Position numbers and translations under genes: made by a program. A stretch of DNA of 63,041 nt, the filler included, from Octopus bimaculoides (Eukaryota): the NCBI RefSeq assembly GCF_001194135.2. It is 7 parts of 7 records of this genome, joined end to end, with 100 filler letters (N's around TTAATTAATTAA, not from the genome) between each part and the next. Parts side by side here need not be neighbours in the genome. Positions count along the whole stretch, not along the records: positions 55,975 to 63,041 come from NC_068982.1; 6 more parts are not named here. The stretch is one strand, 5' to 3'. Positions 62,491 to 63,041 of the stretch are shown one piece after another (the stretch's first letter is position 1; each line of letters begins with the position of its first letter). A model generated the notes under the pieces. It was not told the DNA's origin. It saw only the letters and a list, made by a program, of their open reading frames with translations, and did no database searches.

Positions 62491-62731
62491 CCTTGTGCAT
62501 GCCATCAAAATGAGACTGGGGTGAAATATACAAAACCCAGTATACCCAAAATGACTACCCGTCTGATAAGGATACACCAGGCACATGCATCACAACCATA
62601 TGTGCGCGACATGGTGATCTCATATCAAGATAAACAGCGTATGGCCTTGTAGGTAGGGCCCAGTTAGAATTTTCTTCAGGTCGAGAAGCCCATCCCGCTC
62701 AAAAGGTCACTCAATAAAAATTGTTTAAGGA
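62491..62731 (-). repeat. Partial copy of the ~560-bp element
   Basis: Reverse complement of the 23220-23460 segment. Confidence 0.85.
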
Positions 62732-62740
62732 TACTGCTAT

Positions 62741-63041
62741 CATTACTATTATTATTATTATTGTTCAGTAGTTTTATTTTTATAACGTGCTTTCACTTCA
62801 CTACCGAGCGCAGCTCTGTGCGCCTTGGGTATGTGCTGTGGTTTGCTGTGGTGCTCTTATGTTTACTGTATTGAAAGTGTTTTGCGTAGAGTGTGTGCAG
62901 TACCCAGTAGTGCAATTTTCTGTATGTTATATATATTTGTAAGTCCTGGTATTTTTGTTATGTATTTGTCTGAATATTTTTTTATTATACCTAAGGCACC
63001 TACTATGATAGGAATTGTTTCTGTTTTTAGATTCCACATTC
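62741..63041 (-). mobile_element. Second RLE LINE 3' end, inverted relative to 62136-62490
   Basis: About 9 mismatches over ~280 bp versus the first copy; runs off the window. Confidence 0.92.

Overview
AT-rich, gap-ridden eukaryotic genomic DNA. The SINE families and the N-flanked TTAATTAATTAA scaffold linkers suggest a coleoid cephalopod (Octopus-like) draft assembly; this is an inference. There are no rRNA, tRNA or CRISPR features, and I could not name any host gene. Most of the sequence is tRNA-derived SINEs, microsatellites and LINE remnants (CR1-like, R4/Dong-type RLE, Tx1/L1, RTE, Penelope). DNA transposon relics are also present (mariner, maT, hAT MITEs, a Helentron-associated-like element). 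A + strand host gene probably spans much of the window. Candidates are a CpG-rich promoter-like region near 5.0-5.5 kb, a split start (MSKRSDERCSFLLTNAIRS, exons 5792-5900 and 6856-6910) and a terminal exon at 36721-36826 in a strongly CpG-depleted domain. The most notable observation is a type I hammerhead ribozyme (36377-36475) with an unusually long helix II. It is duplicated as a perfect 148-bp inverted repeat (35778-35925 / 36367-36514) about 260 nt upstream of the candidate terminal exon. Further decayed or truncated hammerhead motifs and a Penelope GIY-YIG remnant occur elsewhere. All calls come from reading the sequence by eye; no searches were run.
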